64,000 bases of DNA from Massalongia carnosa (Eukaryota), in the NCBI GenBank assembly GCA_965645245.1, contig OZ287070.1:1984001-2048000 (forward strand). Direction: 5' to 3'. Position numbers and translations under genes: made by a program. A model generated the notes under the pieces. It saw only the letters and a list, made by a program, of their open reading frames with translations, searched no databases and was not told where the DNA came from. Shown here one piece after another: positions 13,706-27,675 of the stretch. Each line of letters begins with the position of its first letter. The first letter of the stretch is position 1.

Positions 13706-14159
13706 CCTCACAGGATATAACCCATTCCTAAGAATTGCCACTATTTAATGATGCCTCAAATAGTTAAGCGGAAGACGTTGCCAAGACCCAAAGCCCTAAT
13801 CTACAATCATGCAATGCTTACATAAAGCCTTTCCCAAGGCGACTAGGAGATATGTATCACGGCTATAGGAGGGTTTTAGCTAAATAAACATTTACTATTA
13901 ACTATGATTTTCTATTTTGGTATTGATATCAGGAGTGCTGAAACACTTTGATTTTGAAACTAATAACAATATACACATCCCCACGATCCATCGACAATAT
14001 GAGGAGAGAGCAGAACTCCAGGACCCCATCATGACAATCAACAGAAAGATCGCAAAAGAGACAACGTCCTGATCTAGTATGGTGGGCTGTATGAAATAAT
14101 TCAAGAAGCTCCTAGGAACAATGCAGGTAGAGGCAGGGAGGAGGGGAATAAAAGGAAAC

Positions 14160-15683
<1,524 letters not shown>

Positions 15684-16429
15684 GCTGGCAGCCTTGTAAT
15701 AATCCTAGGGTCAAGATAATAATAGGAGAGTCAAACGAAAACAAAGTTCATTGGGTTGGATAGAACAGGACACGCAAACTTACAGCTCATCTTGACAGCT
15801 GGCTGCAGCGGTCAGCGGGCGAACGCTTGCACCTGCCAGTTGTAAATACCGGGACGTCCGTTGTTGGTTGAGCAAAGTCTTGGAAAAGCCAATAGCCGGG
15901 ACAGAGCTTGGACGAGAGGATTGGACCAACGATACACACTGACGTTACAGCTGCGGAGAATAATAAGGCTTTCTGCAAAAAAAGCAGAGACACAGTATCA
16001 ATCGATTGGACCGGATTCAATGTCGGATTCTCAAGCGGGGTTCACAGTTTGCTTCTTTCGATAGGAAGTTAGTGGCCTGGGTTCGTTTAGAAGCAAGTGT
16101 CATATACGTAGAGCGCGATGCCTGCTCCTGCGCCTCAATATAAAATGTTCTTTAAAGAATGCACTGCCGGATTCGAAAAGCAGTTCAGCCTTGGTCCTTA
16201 ATCGACCTTGCCCCGCGGTTAGGCGGAGCAGGGCTGGAGCGGGTAGACCTTTGGCTGAGTCATCAGTCTCTTGACAAATTACGAGCACGAGAGCCTACTT
16301 TTACCTTCATTCACAGTGCAGCTATTTGTGCTCCGCATTGCTACGTTACTGGATTTACGTTCCGTAATCCCTAAAGATTGTGTTAACTCCTGTCCGAGTT
16401 CTATTTCCCGCTCAACGGTCATAGCTGCA

Positions 16430-16787
16430 ATGGGCAACGAGATTGTCATCGTCACTATTTTTACCATCCTCTCACTCGCAGTTGGTTTCGCTTGGGTTGG
16501 GGGATATCTCGACAAATACCAATCAAAGGCTCAAGATATCGCGTTGGATAATATGGGGGAGAATAAAGCATCCTATGGTTTGAAGAGTACGCTCCTATAA
16601 ACGCTATACTTCCACCATAAATTTGTAGCTAATTAGCTCTATTTTAGGTACACTCAAAGGCCAAAGAATCGGGGACGATAAGAACATCAACAATTTACAA
16701 GATAACGTGAGCGATCAAGTAGGAGGATTGGTTGGCAAAGGGGGAATTGGCGAGATAGTCGGAGGGGGACTGAGCCAAGGGCTTTGA
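16430..16787 (+). CDS. Small single-pass membrane protein of unknown function
   Basis: MGNEIVIVTIFTILSLAVGFAWVGG...MGENKASYGLK, one intron, Gly-rich tail GGLVGKGGIGEIVGGGLSQGL*. Confidence 0.75.
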
Positions 16788-17289
16788 TGGATAGCTCAAG
16801 CAACCCCAGTTCAACTGTGAGCTACGAGAGTGAGAGGATTAAGGACGAGACAAAGGCAAAGGAAAACGGGTGTAGGGAGTAGTGAGAACGCAATGGTCTA
16901 TAATATAGGTACATTAGTACATTGATATTTACATATGAGGATATCTACTCTACAAATAACGAGGAACGATCAAAATCCAGGTTCTCGGAATTCCTTTGTA
17001 AAACCCTAATCTGATAAGGTCTATCTAAGCACGGACCACTTCGGCGATTTTGGTCCGTGCTTTGCATGTTCCGCCGCTTGCGCCCAATCTCTCTTACTCC
17101 AACAACTCCTTGAGCACGTCCAGCTTGAGTTCGAAGTGGTTGTGTTGATTTCTGGCAACTTCAAGTTGTCTTTATAAGGCCTACAGTAAGCCTACAACAT
17201 ATTCAGCTTGCAGCAGTAGCGTCTCTCAAGCTCAACTACGTCTTCCCCGTGTGCCTGTTCGCAACTAAGTATCCAGCATAAGCGACATT

Positions 17290-17948
17290 ATGTTTGCAGT
17301 AAAGCGTTTGAGCAAGGTGAGTCCTGGACTTGTCCAGCTTCGGAACAATGTTAAAGGTCGTTCTTCTCTAGGAACTTGCAAAAGTTTGTCTCACTCGTTC
17401 ACTGCCTTCTCTCATCCTCTGACCCCTGGTTTCCCAGATCCATCAATCTCTCCCCCCAGGCATCAGTTTAGTCTCCGCCGACGACTATAAAGAATGGCAA
17501 ATGGACATCCGCATCCTAGATGCCAATCCTCTATATCTCAATCAAACATACCGCCTCCGTTTCCGTTTCAGTAGCGGATATCCTATTGGTACAATCCACT
17601 TTCCCAACCCCTTCCCCACCTTATCGTTAGAGGCATTGCGTAGCCAAAAATGCTAACAGCTCTTTTTTCATTGTAGAAGCGCCCGAAGTAACATTCATAA
17701 ACCATATCCCCGAACGTACCGTCCCCATCCACCCACACATCTATTCCAACGGCATCATTTGCCTTGACCTCCTCGGCACCCAGGGCTGGAGCCCCGTCCA
17801 GAATGTTGAGAGCGTCTGCATGAGCATTCAAAGTATGTTGACTGGCAACACCAAGAATGAAAGACCGCCTGGCGACGAGGATTTCGTAAGGAGAAATACG
17901 CAGCGGCCAAGAGATATTCGATTTGTGTACGAGGACGCTACTGTTTAG
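17290..17948 (+). CDS. Ubiquitin-conjugating enzyme E2, UBE2W-like
   Basis: MFAVKRLSK/ELAK/...YPI/EAPEV...HPHIYSNGIICLDLL...WSPV...VCMSIQSML; three introns. Confidence 0.9.
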
Positions 17949-18367
17949 CTGACCTATTTTCTCTTTCACCTTTCTTTAAGATACATGACTTGATGATGGG
18001 GATGCCCCTTGCGGGAGATTCAAAGCCTCCGAATATGGGGTTTAGCTGGGAGTTTCGGGGGATTGTGGGTTGTGGGTTGTGAAACGATGGTTTTGTTTAT
18101 CTAAAGCGGCGGAGGGCGTGAGATTGGGGTTCTCTATTATTGGAAGTACACATAGCGTGCGTGTCTATTTACTGGCGGGGTGTTGAAGCTTCAGCATTGG
18201 AATTTGAGCTACGTAAAAATATTATTTGACGCCATCGGCGGACCCATGAGAAATGACTAGGCGCCTGGAAGTGCATGCATTACTTCAAGATATCACCGTA
18301 AGCAAGCGCAAGTTATTAATATGAGACTAAGTTTATTTCCTGCGAAGCCCCCATTGGATAAAAGCCG

Positions 18368-20802
18368 CTACCCTTTCCCAAACCCCCTTTTTTCAATCGC
18401 CACCTCCATCACACCTTCCCCCCCAACCACCCCCGTCGTGCAAATCAACACTTTCCTCCTACCTTCCTCCCTCCGTGCCACGAACCGCAACGCCGCAATT
18501 TCCGTGAACGTGATCCCGCCTAAGAACATCACCACGACTGTCTTTCCCACGCCCGCGCCACTGCCGCCGCCGCCGACCAGTATATGCCTTGCTTTGACCG
18601 TGTGCTCATCACCCTTTTGTACCCGGCTGAACGTCTCCCCACGTACGCTTTTGAGCGCATCTTCAAACCCCTGCCACCCGTGCACTGCGCCCGCGCCGGA
18701 GGTAAAGTTGCCGCCGCCAGTCCCGCTGCTATTAGTGTTGTTCTGGCCACCGGATTTGGAGGTCAGGGCCTGCAGGTATTGTTTCTGGATAACGCATTGC
18801 ACAAGTCGTACGCTGAGGGGAGCATAGCCACTGTAGACGTAAGCGATATCGTCTGGTTCCTGCTCGTTGACTTCTTCAACGATGAGACGGAGCGCTTTAC
18901 GGAGTTGCGCGTAATTTGTCCGTGTACCCTGCGAGCCGCCCCCGCCGCCGATGTTGGGTAAGAGGAGGTTGTTGGTCGAGGAGCGGGCGTGCAAGAGCTG
19001 CATTTTCTCTAGCGCATCGAACGTAAGAAGGTGCTGATAGCCATATGCGTGCAGGATCAGGCGTTTGAAATGATCGAGGTCCTTGGGGCGCAGGCCGCCC
19101 GCGACGCAGGACTCAAGGCATAACAGACGAAGAATTGTCGGCAGGGAAATGTCGCGCGAGATGAGCTCCTCGATGGTATCGTGCTGCGAGGCTGGATCGT
19201 TGCCTTCGGCAAGGTTCTGCTGCACCTCAAGCACACGGGTGAAGAGGTCTGTTTGCGTGTACTTGATGACTTCACCCGTGATGCCGGTGTGAATCTTCAG
19301 ACTCTGCTGCTCGGATTGGTAGCCCGGGAGCTTATTAACAAATTCGCGGAGCTCGGTGGTAGATTTGGCGACGTGGCGGCTTTCGTAGTCGCTTTCGAGG
19401 CGGCGAGCGATTTTGTTCAGGAGGCGACCGGTGATGGCGATATTGGTGTCGCGAACTTGCTCGTAAAGTTTGTCGGAGGAGTCGAGCTGAATTTTGCGTT
19501 TGAGGCCTTGCGGCTGCGGAGCGGTGGAGGATCCGGTTTTTGAGGATATTTGGGTACCAGGGGCGGGGCCGACAATGGAAGAGTCGATTTCAGCTTGATT
19601 ATCTTTGATGCCGAAGAGCTCATCGATAAGACCTTCGTATGTAAGTGGTGTGAGAAGGAGAGTTGCAAAGTCGACCTGGCGATCGATGATGATCAGGCTT
19701 TCAATCGATGCGCTTGGCATCATCCCTATCTTGGACGTATTGAGGTTTGAGTCTCCTGCCAAAGCTTCGGAACGCATACGGAAGAGTAACTCCATTAGCC
19801 GACGTGCATGATCTCCCTTTCCGATGATGCGCGGAAACAATCCATATTTTTGCTGGATTGGCATGAGCGCCTGGGCGGCAAGAAATATTGAGGTTGGGTC
19901 TTTTCTCTGTGGCTTGTCAGAGTTTTGATTAGTTTGATAATGTAATTCGCAGACTGCTTACCAAGTACAAGTCACCAAAAGAATCTTCGAGAGCCAATGA
20001 CAATACATCATGTTCCAATGGTAAGAAGTGCAGTGGGAATTCTTCCACGCTGATATCGCCTAATACACCCGCTTCTTCGAGAATTTTGTCGCAAACCAAC
20101 GTGCGCCGTGGCACCCAAACAACCGAGAACTCATATTCAATGCTACTGTTTTTTTGAAGTCGTTTGATTTGTTCTGATGGTAAAATGATTGTCAGCACGT
20201 AATGATGGCGGTAGATTTATATAGAACAAAAGAAACTGCTATAGATCATGCTGTTCATTCATCTTAGGATCAAGACTGACTAAGTAGAGTAGAAAAGCAT
20301 CTACGTAATCTACTTTATGATCCTATACCATTATTTTTGCCCATAAATTTCAAAATGAAAAGTTGCATATTTGATGAGAAGAATAAACGCTAGTATCGTC
20401 ATATGAGAAGGAAAAAGACGAAGAGAAGGTCCGCAGCCGATGGAAGGAACTCCGAGAACATACCAGCAATAGCAATTGATTGCGTAGCTTTGTCTCCCCG
20501 GGCAAGAAAAATTACGTTTCTCTGGGAAGCATCGACATTATCGTTCTCAAGGAAAAATACCTTGTTGACGCCGTAGTCTTGTAGCGTTGAGAATTTAACA
20601 AAAACTCCGACAGGGCCAGCAAGGGATTTCTCAATGACCAAATTCTTCTTACCCCGAACCTAAAGAAATTTAGCTATAGAAACATGAATGTAACATTGAT
20701 CTAATCTGGATGAGCCTTACATACGCCTTCAAGCAAGTCTAGGAGATCTTTGCGAGCTTTCTCTTTAATCTGCTCCGTATCGACTCCTGGATGAGGGGCC
20801 AT
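18368..20802 (-). CDS. VPS33: Sec1/Munc18-family vacuolar protein sorting protein
   Basis: VRGKKNLVIEK, WVPRRTLVC, LEHDVLSL, IIIDRQVD, LTYEGLIDE, YVYSGYAPLSVRLVQ, FLGGITFTEIAALRF. Confidence 0.95.
20187..20326 (-). ncRNA. Candidate intronic box H/ACA snoRNA
   Basis: Inside a 290-nt VPS33 intron (20174-20463): hairpin closed by UAGGAUCA/UGAUCCUA, then AGAUGA (ANANNA H box), second hairpin closed by CAGCAUG/CGUGCUG, then ACA plus 3 nt. Confidence 0.5.
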
Positions 20803-20991
20803 GGCTGGATCTGATGTAGCAGCATCGAGGGAGTAAACTGAAATCAAGGTAAATACGGAGGGCTATTAAGCATCTACATAGGGCTGCTTTAGATTATGTA
20901 AAGTTATTTGTTCATTACGGCGAGTCAGAACCGGGCGAAGCGCTTTCAATATCAAAATGACTCAACCCCGAATTCCCCTTATGAAGTTTGC

Positions 20992-22953
20992 ATGCAGCAT
21001 CAGTTCAAGGCGATTGTACGGCTTGCTCGATATAAATTCAGACCTTTGATATTCGTGAGAAGCTATAATTCAGGAGAAAAGGCTCCTCGTGTTGTAGCTA
21101 CCAAAGTATTTGATGCAACGAGCGACGCAAATATGGGGAAGGACAAAGCTCAGTTTCTGTTGAAGACCCCAAAGGGAACCAAAGACTGTGAGGCACATTC
21201 TGGAGTCATTAATTGGCTGGGAATCAACTCTAATATTTATCCAGGGGAAGGTATAGACATGGTGATCCGAGATAAAATATTCTCTTCCATAACATCCGTC
21301 TTCAAACGTCACGGCGCTATAACAATAGATACGTACGCCCTCTGCTTGCCCCACCGATTGAATCTTTTGTACTAACATATGTTTTGTAGTCCTGTCTTTG
21401 AGCTAAAAGAAATTCTTTCCGGCAAATACGGGGAAGACAGCAAGTTAATATACGACCTTGCTGACCAAGGCGGCGAACTTTGCTCTCTACGCTATGATCT
21501 GACCGTTCCCTTTGCTCGCTGGCTGGCGCTGCACCCCTCCGTTCAAAACATAAAACGCTACCACCTCGCTAAAGTGTACCGGCGTGATCAGCCCGCTATG
21601 ACAAAGGGCCGGCTGCGGGAATTCTATCAATGTGATTTCGATATCGCGGGCAGCTATGATCCAATGTTACCTGATGCCGAAATATTACGAATCCTGTGCG
21701 AGGTTTTCCAGGAACTAGGGTGGGCCGGGAGGTATAGCATCCAAGTTAACCACAGAGGGATATTGGATGGGATATTCGAGGTCTGCGGCGTACCGAAGGA
21801 CAAAATCCGGAGCATCAGCAGCGCGGTAGACAAGCTCGACAAAGCACCATGGGATGAAGTACGAAAGGAGATGACGGAAGAAAAAGGGCTAGAAAGCGAA
21901 ATCGCGGATCGTATCTGGGGGTATGTTCAGAAAAAGGGAGGCCGTGAGATTCTAGACCAGCTGCGCGCGGATGAGAAGCTTAAGGAGAGTACGTCGATGC
22001 GTAAAGGTATCAATGATATGGATCTTCTCTTCACCTACTTGGACACCTTCAAAGTCCTTGACAAAACCCAATTCAGCCTCAGTCTCGCCCGCGGCCTAGA
22101 CTACTATACGGGCCTCATCTTCGAGGTCATAACCGACGGCTCCGCACCTCCTGTTACCTCTACTAAAGCTTATGTGTCCAAACTCCCGCGAAACCCCGAA
22201 CGAGACCCTGCAAACAACGAATCAAAGTATCACGATCCTGACGAAGACCGCTCCAGCGACCTCTCCCTCGGCATTGGCAGCGTGGCCGCGGGTGGCCGTT
22301 ATGACGAGCTGGTCGGCATGTTCTCGGGCAAGTCGCAAATTCCCTGCGTTGGGCTGTCGCTGGGGGTGGACCGCATTTTCAGCATCACCAAGGCGCACAT
22401 GCAGGCCGACAAGGCAGCGGCGCCAGTGCGCAGCAGCGAGGTCGACGTTTTTGTGATGGCTTTTGGGGGCAAGGGGTTCACGGGCTTGCTGAAGGAACGG
22501 CTGGAGGTGTGTCGGATTTTGTGGGATGCTGGGATCAAGGTATGTTGGCAGTTTCGCTATATAAATCTTCCTAGTCTCCCAGAAAAAAACCCCAAAATTA
22601 CCAAAATAAGCTAACGCTAACTCCAATTTACTTGACGACAGGCCGAATTCGCCTACAAGCAAAAGCCCAAACTACCCGCGCAGTTCAAAGCCGCCGAAGC
22701 TGGCGCCGTGCCCTTCGCCATCATCCTCGGCGATGACGAGCAAGCCCAAGGCCAGGTGCGGGTCAAGGAACTTGGCCTCGAACAGGGCCACGCGGAGAAG
22801 GACGGCGTCTTAGTTGATCTAGGGGATTTGGCGCAGGAGGTTCGGCGGAGGTTGGACAAGAGGAGGAGGGAGAGGGGGGACGATGGGGGAGGTGGCGTCG
22901 TTGGGGGTGGGATTCAGGCCGTTACGGAGGGGGTGGGGGGTTTGGCAGCTTAG
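20992..22953 (+). CDS. HTS1: Histidyl-tRNA synthetase (probably dual cytosolic/mitochondrial)
   Basis: [65 protein letters not shown]; in-frame ATGs at 20992 and 21133. Confidence 0.96.
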
Positions 22954-23709
22954 GATGTTGACGAATGGATGGATCGCGAAGGTTGACTTGGCTTGGCTGG
23001 TTGATTGATTGATGGATGATGGGCTTAGATGGAGAGACGTATCCGACATTTGTCATTTGCTACATTTACATTCTTACTTGCGTCCACCAAAGAAAGCCAT
23101 CCGCACTAGAATCTACGACTGGGATCGATGAGCCAGTGAGCGAATAACGGGGAAACACTCAGTTGCTCTAGGCTTGGCTTTGTTTTTTTGGGGGGGTTTT
23201 TTTTTGGTTGGTGGGGGTGGGGGGGAAGGAAGGAAACGGGGGGGGGGTTTTTTTGAATACACTAAATCGAACATATGAAAGATTTCCGGGACATGCAATA
23301 CAACATACATGGGAGTCTAGGCATCGGAACTCGTTTTCCCTCTTTCCCCCCATCTTACCCCTACGCTACCTACTACTACCTCCCTGCATATCTAGCCAAC
23401 CTAGCACTAGCTAGCTCGTGAGTAAATTCATAAAGAAACATGACTGGTCGATCGATCGTTTAGTGGTATGTGGTTATGTTAGGGAGATAGGGAGATGAAT
23501 GGGATGCGGGGCGGGGAATGCGGGGATGGGAACGGGAGGATGGGATGGGAGTGTAGCGGGATTGGGGGATGGATGGTTGAGTGAGTGAGTGGTTTAGCAT
23601 GGGAGAATGGAAAATGGAGAATTAAGACCCTCCCGCACAAAGCAAAAATGCTAGGTTCCAACCAATAAGCAAGTAGCCTCTTCCCGTGTCCAACCCCTTC
23701 CCTGCATGC

Positions 23710-24651
23710 CTATCCCACTACAACCACCTCAGCCATCAGGCCATAATGATCCGTCACCCACTCCAAGGCGCCAAAACTCCTCATCTTCGCCCTCTTCCCC
23801 TCCTCCACCTGCACCCCGACTCCGACCCGCTGCAGACCTTTCAGCACTACCCCTCCGCAAAACAGCATCTTGTCCAACCGGCCGCAGCCGAACCGCTCCC
23901 GTAACTCGGCGTAGCTCTGATAACCCCACGTGAAGCCTTCCTCAGCGTCTTCGCGCCCGCCGGCTTCGAGGTAGGCGTCCTTGAGGGCGTACGCGGCGGG
24001 GAGGGTGCGGTCGAAGGGTTCGATAGCGTTGAGGTCGCCGGCGAGGACACCGGCGTGGACGGCGGGGGAATGGAGATGGCGGGCGGCTTCGGCGAGTTGG
24101 GCGGGGCGCAAAGGGGGATGGGAGACGAGGCTTTCAAGGTGGGTGTTGCAGAGACGGAGGATGCGGGGAGGGTTTGTGGAAATGGAGGAGGGAGGGGCGG
24201 CAATGGAAATGTCGATGAAGAGGGCGTCGCGATCCATCTGCGTGTCCTTGTAGTAAACGCGAAAGATGCGGGTGAGGGGCACGCGGGCATCGACCAGCGC
24301 CGTGGTGCCGTAGTAGGACGTCTTCCAATTGATGGGATCCAGATCCGTGAGCGCGAAGCGGGCACGGATCCATGGGCTCGCGCGTAGAAGCTTGAGGTCG
24401 TTGGGCACCATTTCTTGAAAGAATACGACGACAGGGAGGTCCGCGGGGAACGTGGCAACTAGGGTTTCCAGGTAGCGTAGGGCGCCGGCCATACGGATAG
24501 GCCCGCCTTGGTTTTGGGCATCGATGTTCCAGGTTATGAGTCGGATGGCGGTGATGGGTGCGGAGCTGAGCTTTTCAATCGATGGCTGCCAGCTCCCGGA
24601 GGCGAAGGTATAGGTTTTTTGGGCGACCGGGCCATGTTCCGAGAGGGACAT
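23710..24651 (-). CDS. Endonuclease/exonuclease/phosphatase (TDP2-like) protein
   Basis: EEP motifs LITWNID, FFQE, LCNTHLES, AGDLN, GFTWG, RLDK, TDHYGL; start codon uncertain. Confidence 0.85.
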   Translation of the reverse strand: MSLSEHGPVAQKTYTFASGSWQPSIEKLSSAPITAIRLITWNIDAQNQGGPIRMAGALRYLETLVATFPADLPVVVFFQEMVPNDLKLLRASPWIRARFALTDLDPINWKTSYYGTTALVDARVPLTRIFRVYYKDTQMDRDALFIDISIAAPPSSISTNPPRILRLCNTHLESLVSHPPLRPAQLAEAARHLHSPAVHAGVLAGDLNAIEPFDRTLPAAYALKDAYLEAGGREDAEEGFTWGYQSYAELRERFGCGRLDKMLFCGGVVLKGLQRVGVGVQVEEGKRAKMRSFGALEWVTDHYGLMAEVVVVG

Positions 24652-24691
24652 ACGGAGATTGGAACGGATGTCCATATATAGTAGATGTGTG

Positions 24692-24800
24692 TTCCTTTTC
24701 CTTTTCCTTTTCCTTTTCCTTTTCCTTTTCCTTTTCCTTTTCCTTTTCCTTTTCCTTTTCCTTTTCCTTTTCCTTTTCCTTTTCCTTTTACTTTTCCTTT
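24692..24800. repeat. (TTTTCC)n microsatellite, about 15 perfect units
   Basis: Direct reading. Confidence 0.97.
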
Positions 24801-25340
24801 GGCTCTCTTGTATTTTTATAGCGGGATCAATGATTAAAGGAAGAGAATGGGGGTTTGGGATGGAGACAGGGGAGTTTAGTGGATGCGGAGCTCCCTCCCA
24901 CGTCAGCCAGCCACGATCGGCCGGCAAACCGGGCACTGGTGAATGCGGGCGTGCGATGCATATTCGTTCGTGCGGGAGAGATGAAATAGATGAATAGATG
25001 ATGGGTTGACGTTTGTTTTCGGACCCAAGTGGATGGGAGTTTCGAGAGACGTTTCCTGATTTCTGAATTCGGATGCCGGCAGCAAAGAGAGGGGTAGATG
25101 GAGGGGTAAGATCGATTCGGGCAATGTGTTTCCGAGTTCTGTCGGACTGTCTTCCGGTGCAACACTTGGTCGCGAGTTCATCGACGAGTGGATGGGTGGA
25201 TGAGTGGTTGCGTGGATGAACGGATGGGTTTGGAAGGATTTGGAAGGGTTCAGAAGGGTTCAGAAGGGGTTTTGTGGATCGAGATGCATCAAACGATGAA
25301 GATCGAGAGGCTGGTCGGCAATCTCGCATTTCCTGCATTT

Positions 25341-25388
25341 TGGCATTCTGGCATTCTGGCATTCTGGCATTCTGGCATTCTGGCATTC
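25341..25388. repeat. (TGGCATTC)x6 tandem repeat
   Basis: Direct reading. Confidence 0.95.
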
Positions 25389-25930
25389 TCTTTTTCGTTC
25401 CTTCTCCATCTCTTTTCTTTCTGATCATCTTCCTCAACGGGGGCAGCGTAACGTTGGGCACTGAATCGAATCGATCATTCAACTCGGTCACTCAACAAGA
25501 CAATGGACATTTCATATTTCACATTTCACATTTCACATTTCCGACGCATGACGCATGACGCATGACGCACATGACACACATGACACATGACATATGATAG
25601 GAGATGAAACGTCGCTACTCTGGACAGACTTCGGACCGATCCGAGAAATACAAACCGCCAAATCTTAACGATTGACAAATGGTGTCCCATGTCTTACTGT
25701 AGTGATTAGAGGTAGAAAGGATTACGCTGTACTGAATACGCTGTGTAGAGTACGCTGTAGAAACGTTGGTGTTGATCTCTATTAGAGTAACTGAAGGGAT
25801 CAACTACAGCTACACCATTAGTCACGTGCAAACGGTCGCGTGACCGGCTGTCTGTCACTCCGACGCCTGTGCTCTGCATTTAAGGCGCTTTTTGGTTCAT
25901 CTCGTTTCTCTTTTCGACCTGCATGCAGCG

Positions 25931-26007
25931 AGTCACATGCAAGTCACATGCAAGTCACATGCAAGTCACATGCAAGTCACATGCAAGTCACATGCAAGTC
26001 ACATGCA
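25931..26007. repeat. (AGTCACATGCA)x7 minisatellite
   Basis: Direct reading; seven perfect 11-mers. Confidence 0.95.
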
Positions 26008-26680
26008 GAGTTCTGCGATCAAAATTAGAGAAACATGTTTGCTTTTGTCTCAGCTCGTCCACACTCATGCTCTGTACTGGAGTATACTCTCCACCATACT
26101 CGGTACTCTGTACAGCTCTTGAAGCAGCCCCCAATATGGCCCAACATGGCTCAACATGGCTCAACACGGCTCCAACACGGGTCCAGGAGTGGTCCAAGTT
26201 CAATACAAAGTACATGCTGCATCTGCAACTGGGAATGAGGCGTGATGTTACCCCCATCCTTCAGGCAAATGTTTGTCCACAGGGCCATATCCGTGGCAGT
26301 TCAACGCAATCCGCTGGAGATTGCAGTTCAACCGTGGATCTGCGTGTCATGGGCTGCTTTGATTGAGCCGTCGTTGCTTACGACTGACCCAGTGAATGAT
26401 TAAGTTGGAGACAGGAGGTGATGTTGATAAACAAACATGCTACTTATCGTTGGTGCCGCCCACCAACAAGCTTAACGATCGGACTTGACCGGTACGCTCT
26501 CGGGATTCGTTTCTTCTTGTCGTGTACCCATACATAGCCCTTCGTTACCACTGCGAAAGCTTCGTTCATTTTTCGTGTTTGATATACTTACCTTCTATTC
26601 TGACATCTGGAAGCCTTAACAAGCTTCAAATCTCGATATTCCGTTTCAGCCGCTAAACAACCCCTCTTCTGCCTACGTTC

Positions 26681-27675
26681 ATGGGACCAGACGTTGCAGG
26701 CATGATACCCTCGAAAAGCAAGAAAGCGCTGCCCTCATCCACTTCCATGGCATTTCCAGAATACCCCATCACCTTGTTCCAATGGAAAACAGCTCTGCAG
26801 CGAATCAAGTTCTTATACCTCAAGGGCCAGCTAAACCAATGCTCAGCTCAATGCAACAAATTACTGTCCGAGGTCAAGACATCGGTAAGCAAGGGTAGCA
26901 CCCTCGGTGCCTTGACAATCACTGATGCATTGACTTCCAGCATCATCCTCTGCATGCCACCTACCTGCATTTCTATGCCGCGCTCTCTATCGAGGGCATC
27001 GCGCGGTTATCGCACAACCTCTCCGCGCCCAAGGTTCACCTACTTCAGCAAGCAAGGGCGACGTACGCAGCCGCAGCTTCCTCATTGCCCAAAATCGAGC
27101 GCAGTTTTGACGTCGACGAGGCTCAAGACAGCGAAGTATATTCCGATGACTCCTCTCTCACGGCTACCCCTTCCCTCACACGTCCCATCTCCCCCGCATA
27201 TTCCTCTTCCTCATCACCGGGTTCATACTCTCTCACCGAGCCCCAATACCAAACCGTCTCCATGCCATCCCCCCTCCGCATCCGCAAACCCTTTCTGTCC
27301 TCTCCTTTCCAAACCCTCCCTTCCTCTCCTCCCCTCACCCCACCTTACGCATCCATCAACTTCGCCGCTTCAACAACAAACTGGCTGCAATCCCGCGCTC
27401 ACGCACGCTTTCACACCCACCTCGACTCCTTCTCCGCCATGGTAGCCGCTCACATCGCCGTCGTAGACGACCTTCTCCGCGTTACGCGAGAAGTTCAGGC
27501 CTCGAGGCACGCGGGCGCGAACAAGCGGCTGCCGAGCTATGGTGTCGACGAGGAGACCAAGGCGCAAGATCGTAAGGCGAGGATTTTGGCGCTGAGAGAG
27601 AAGGGGTGGAGGCGGGAGAGGTTTCTACCGGAGAGGTATATGGCGGTTTGCGAGAGGGCGATGGCGGAGTTGTGA
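26681..27675 (+). CDS. Hypothetical fungal protein
   Basis: Intron GTAAGC...CAG (~26885-26940) joins ORF 26681 to the 27085 frame (HHPLHATYLHFYAALSIE...RILALREKGWRRERFLPERYMAVCERAMAEL*). Confidence 0.75.

Noticed and set aside
23710..25491. 593-aa ORF as a single annotated protein
   Set aside because: The N-terminal half derives from simple repeats and has no recognisable motif; kept only as a low-interest finding
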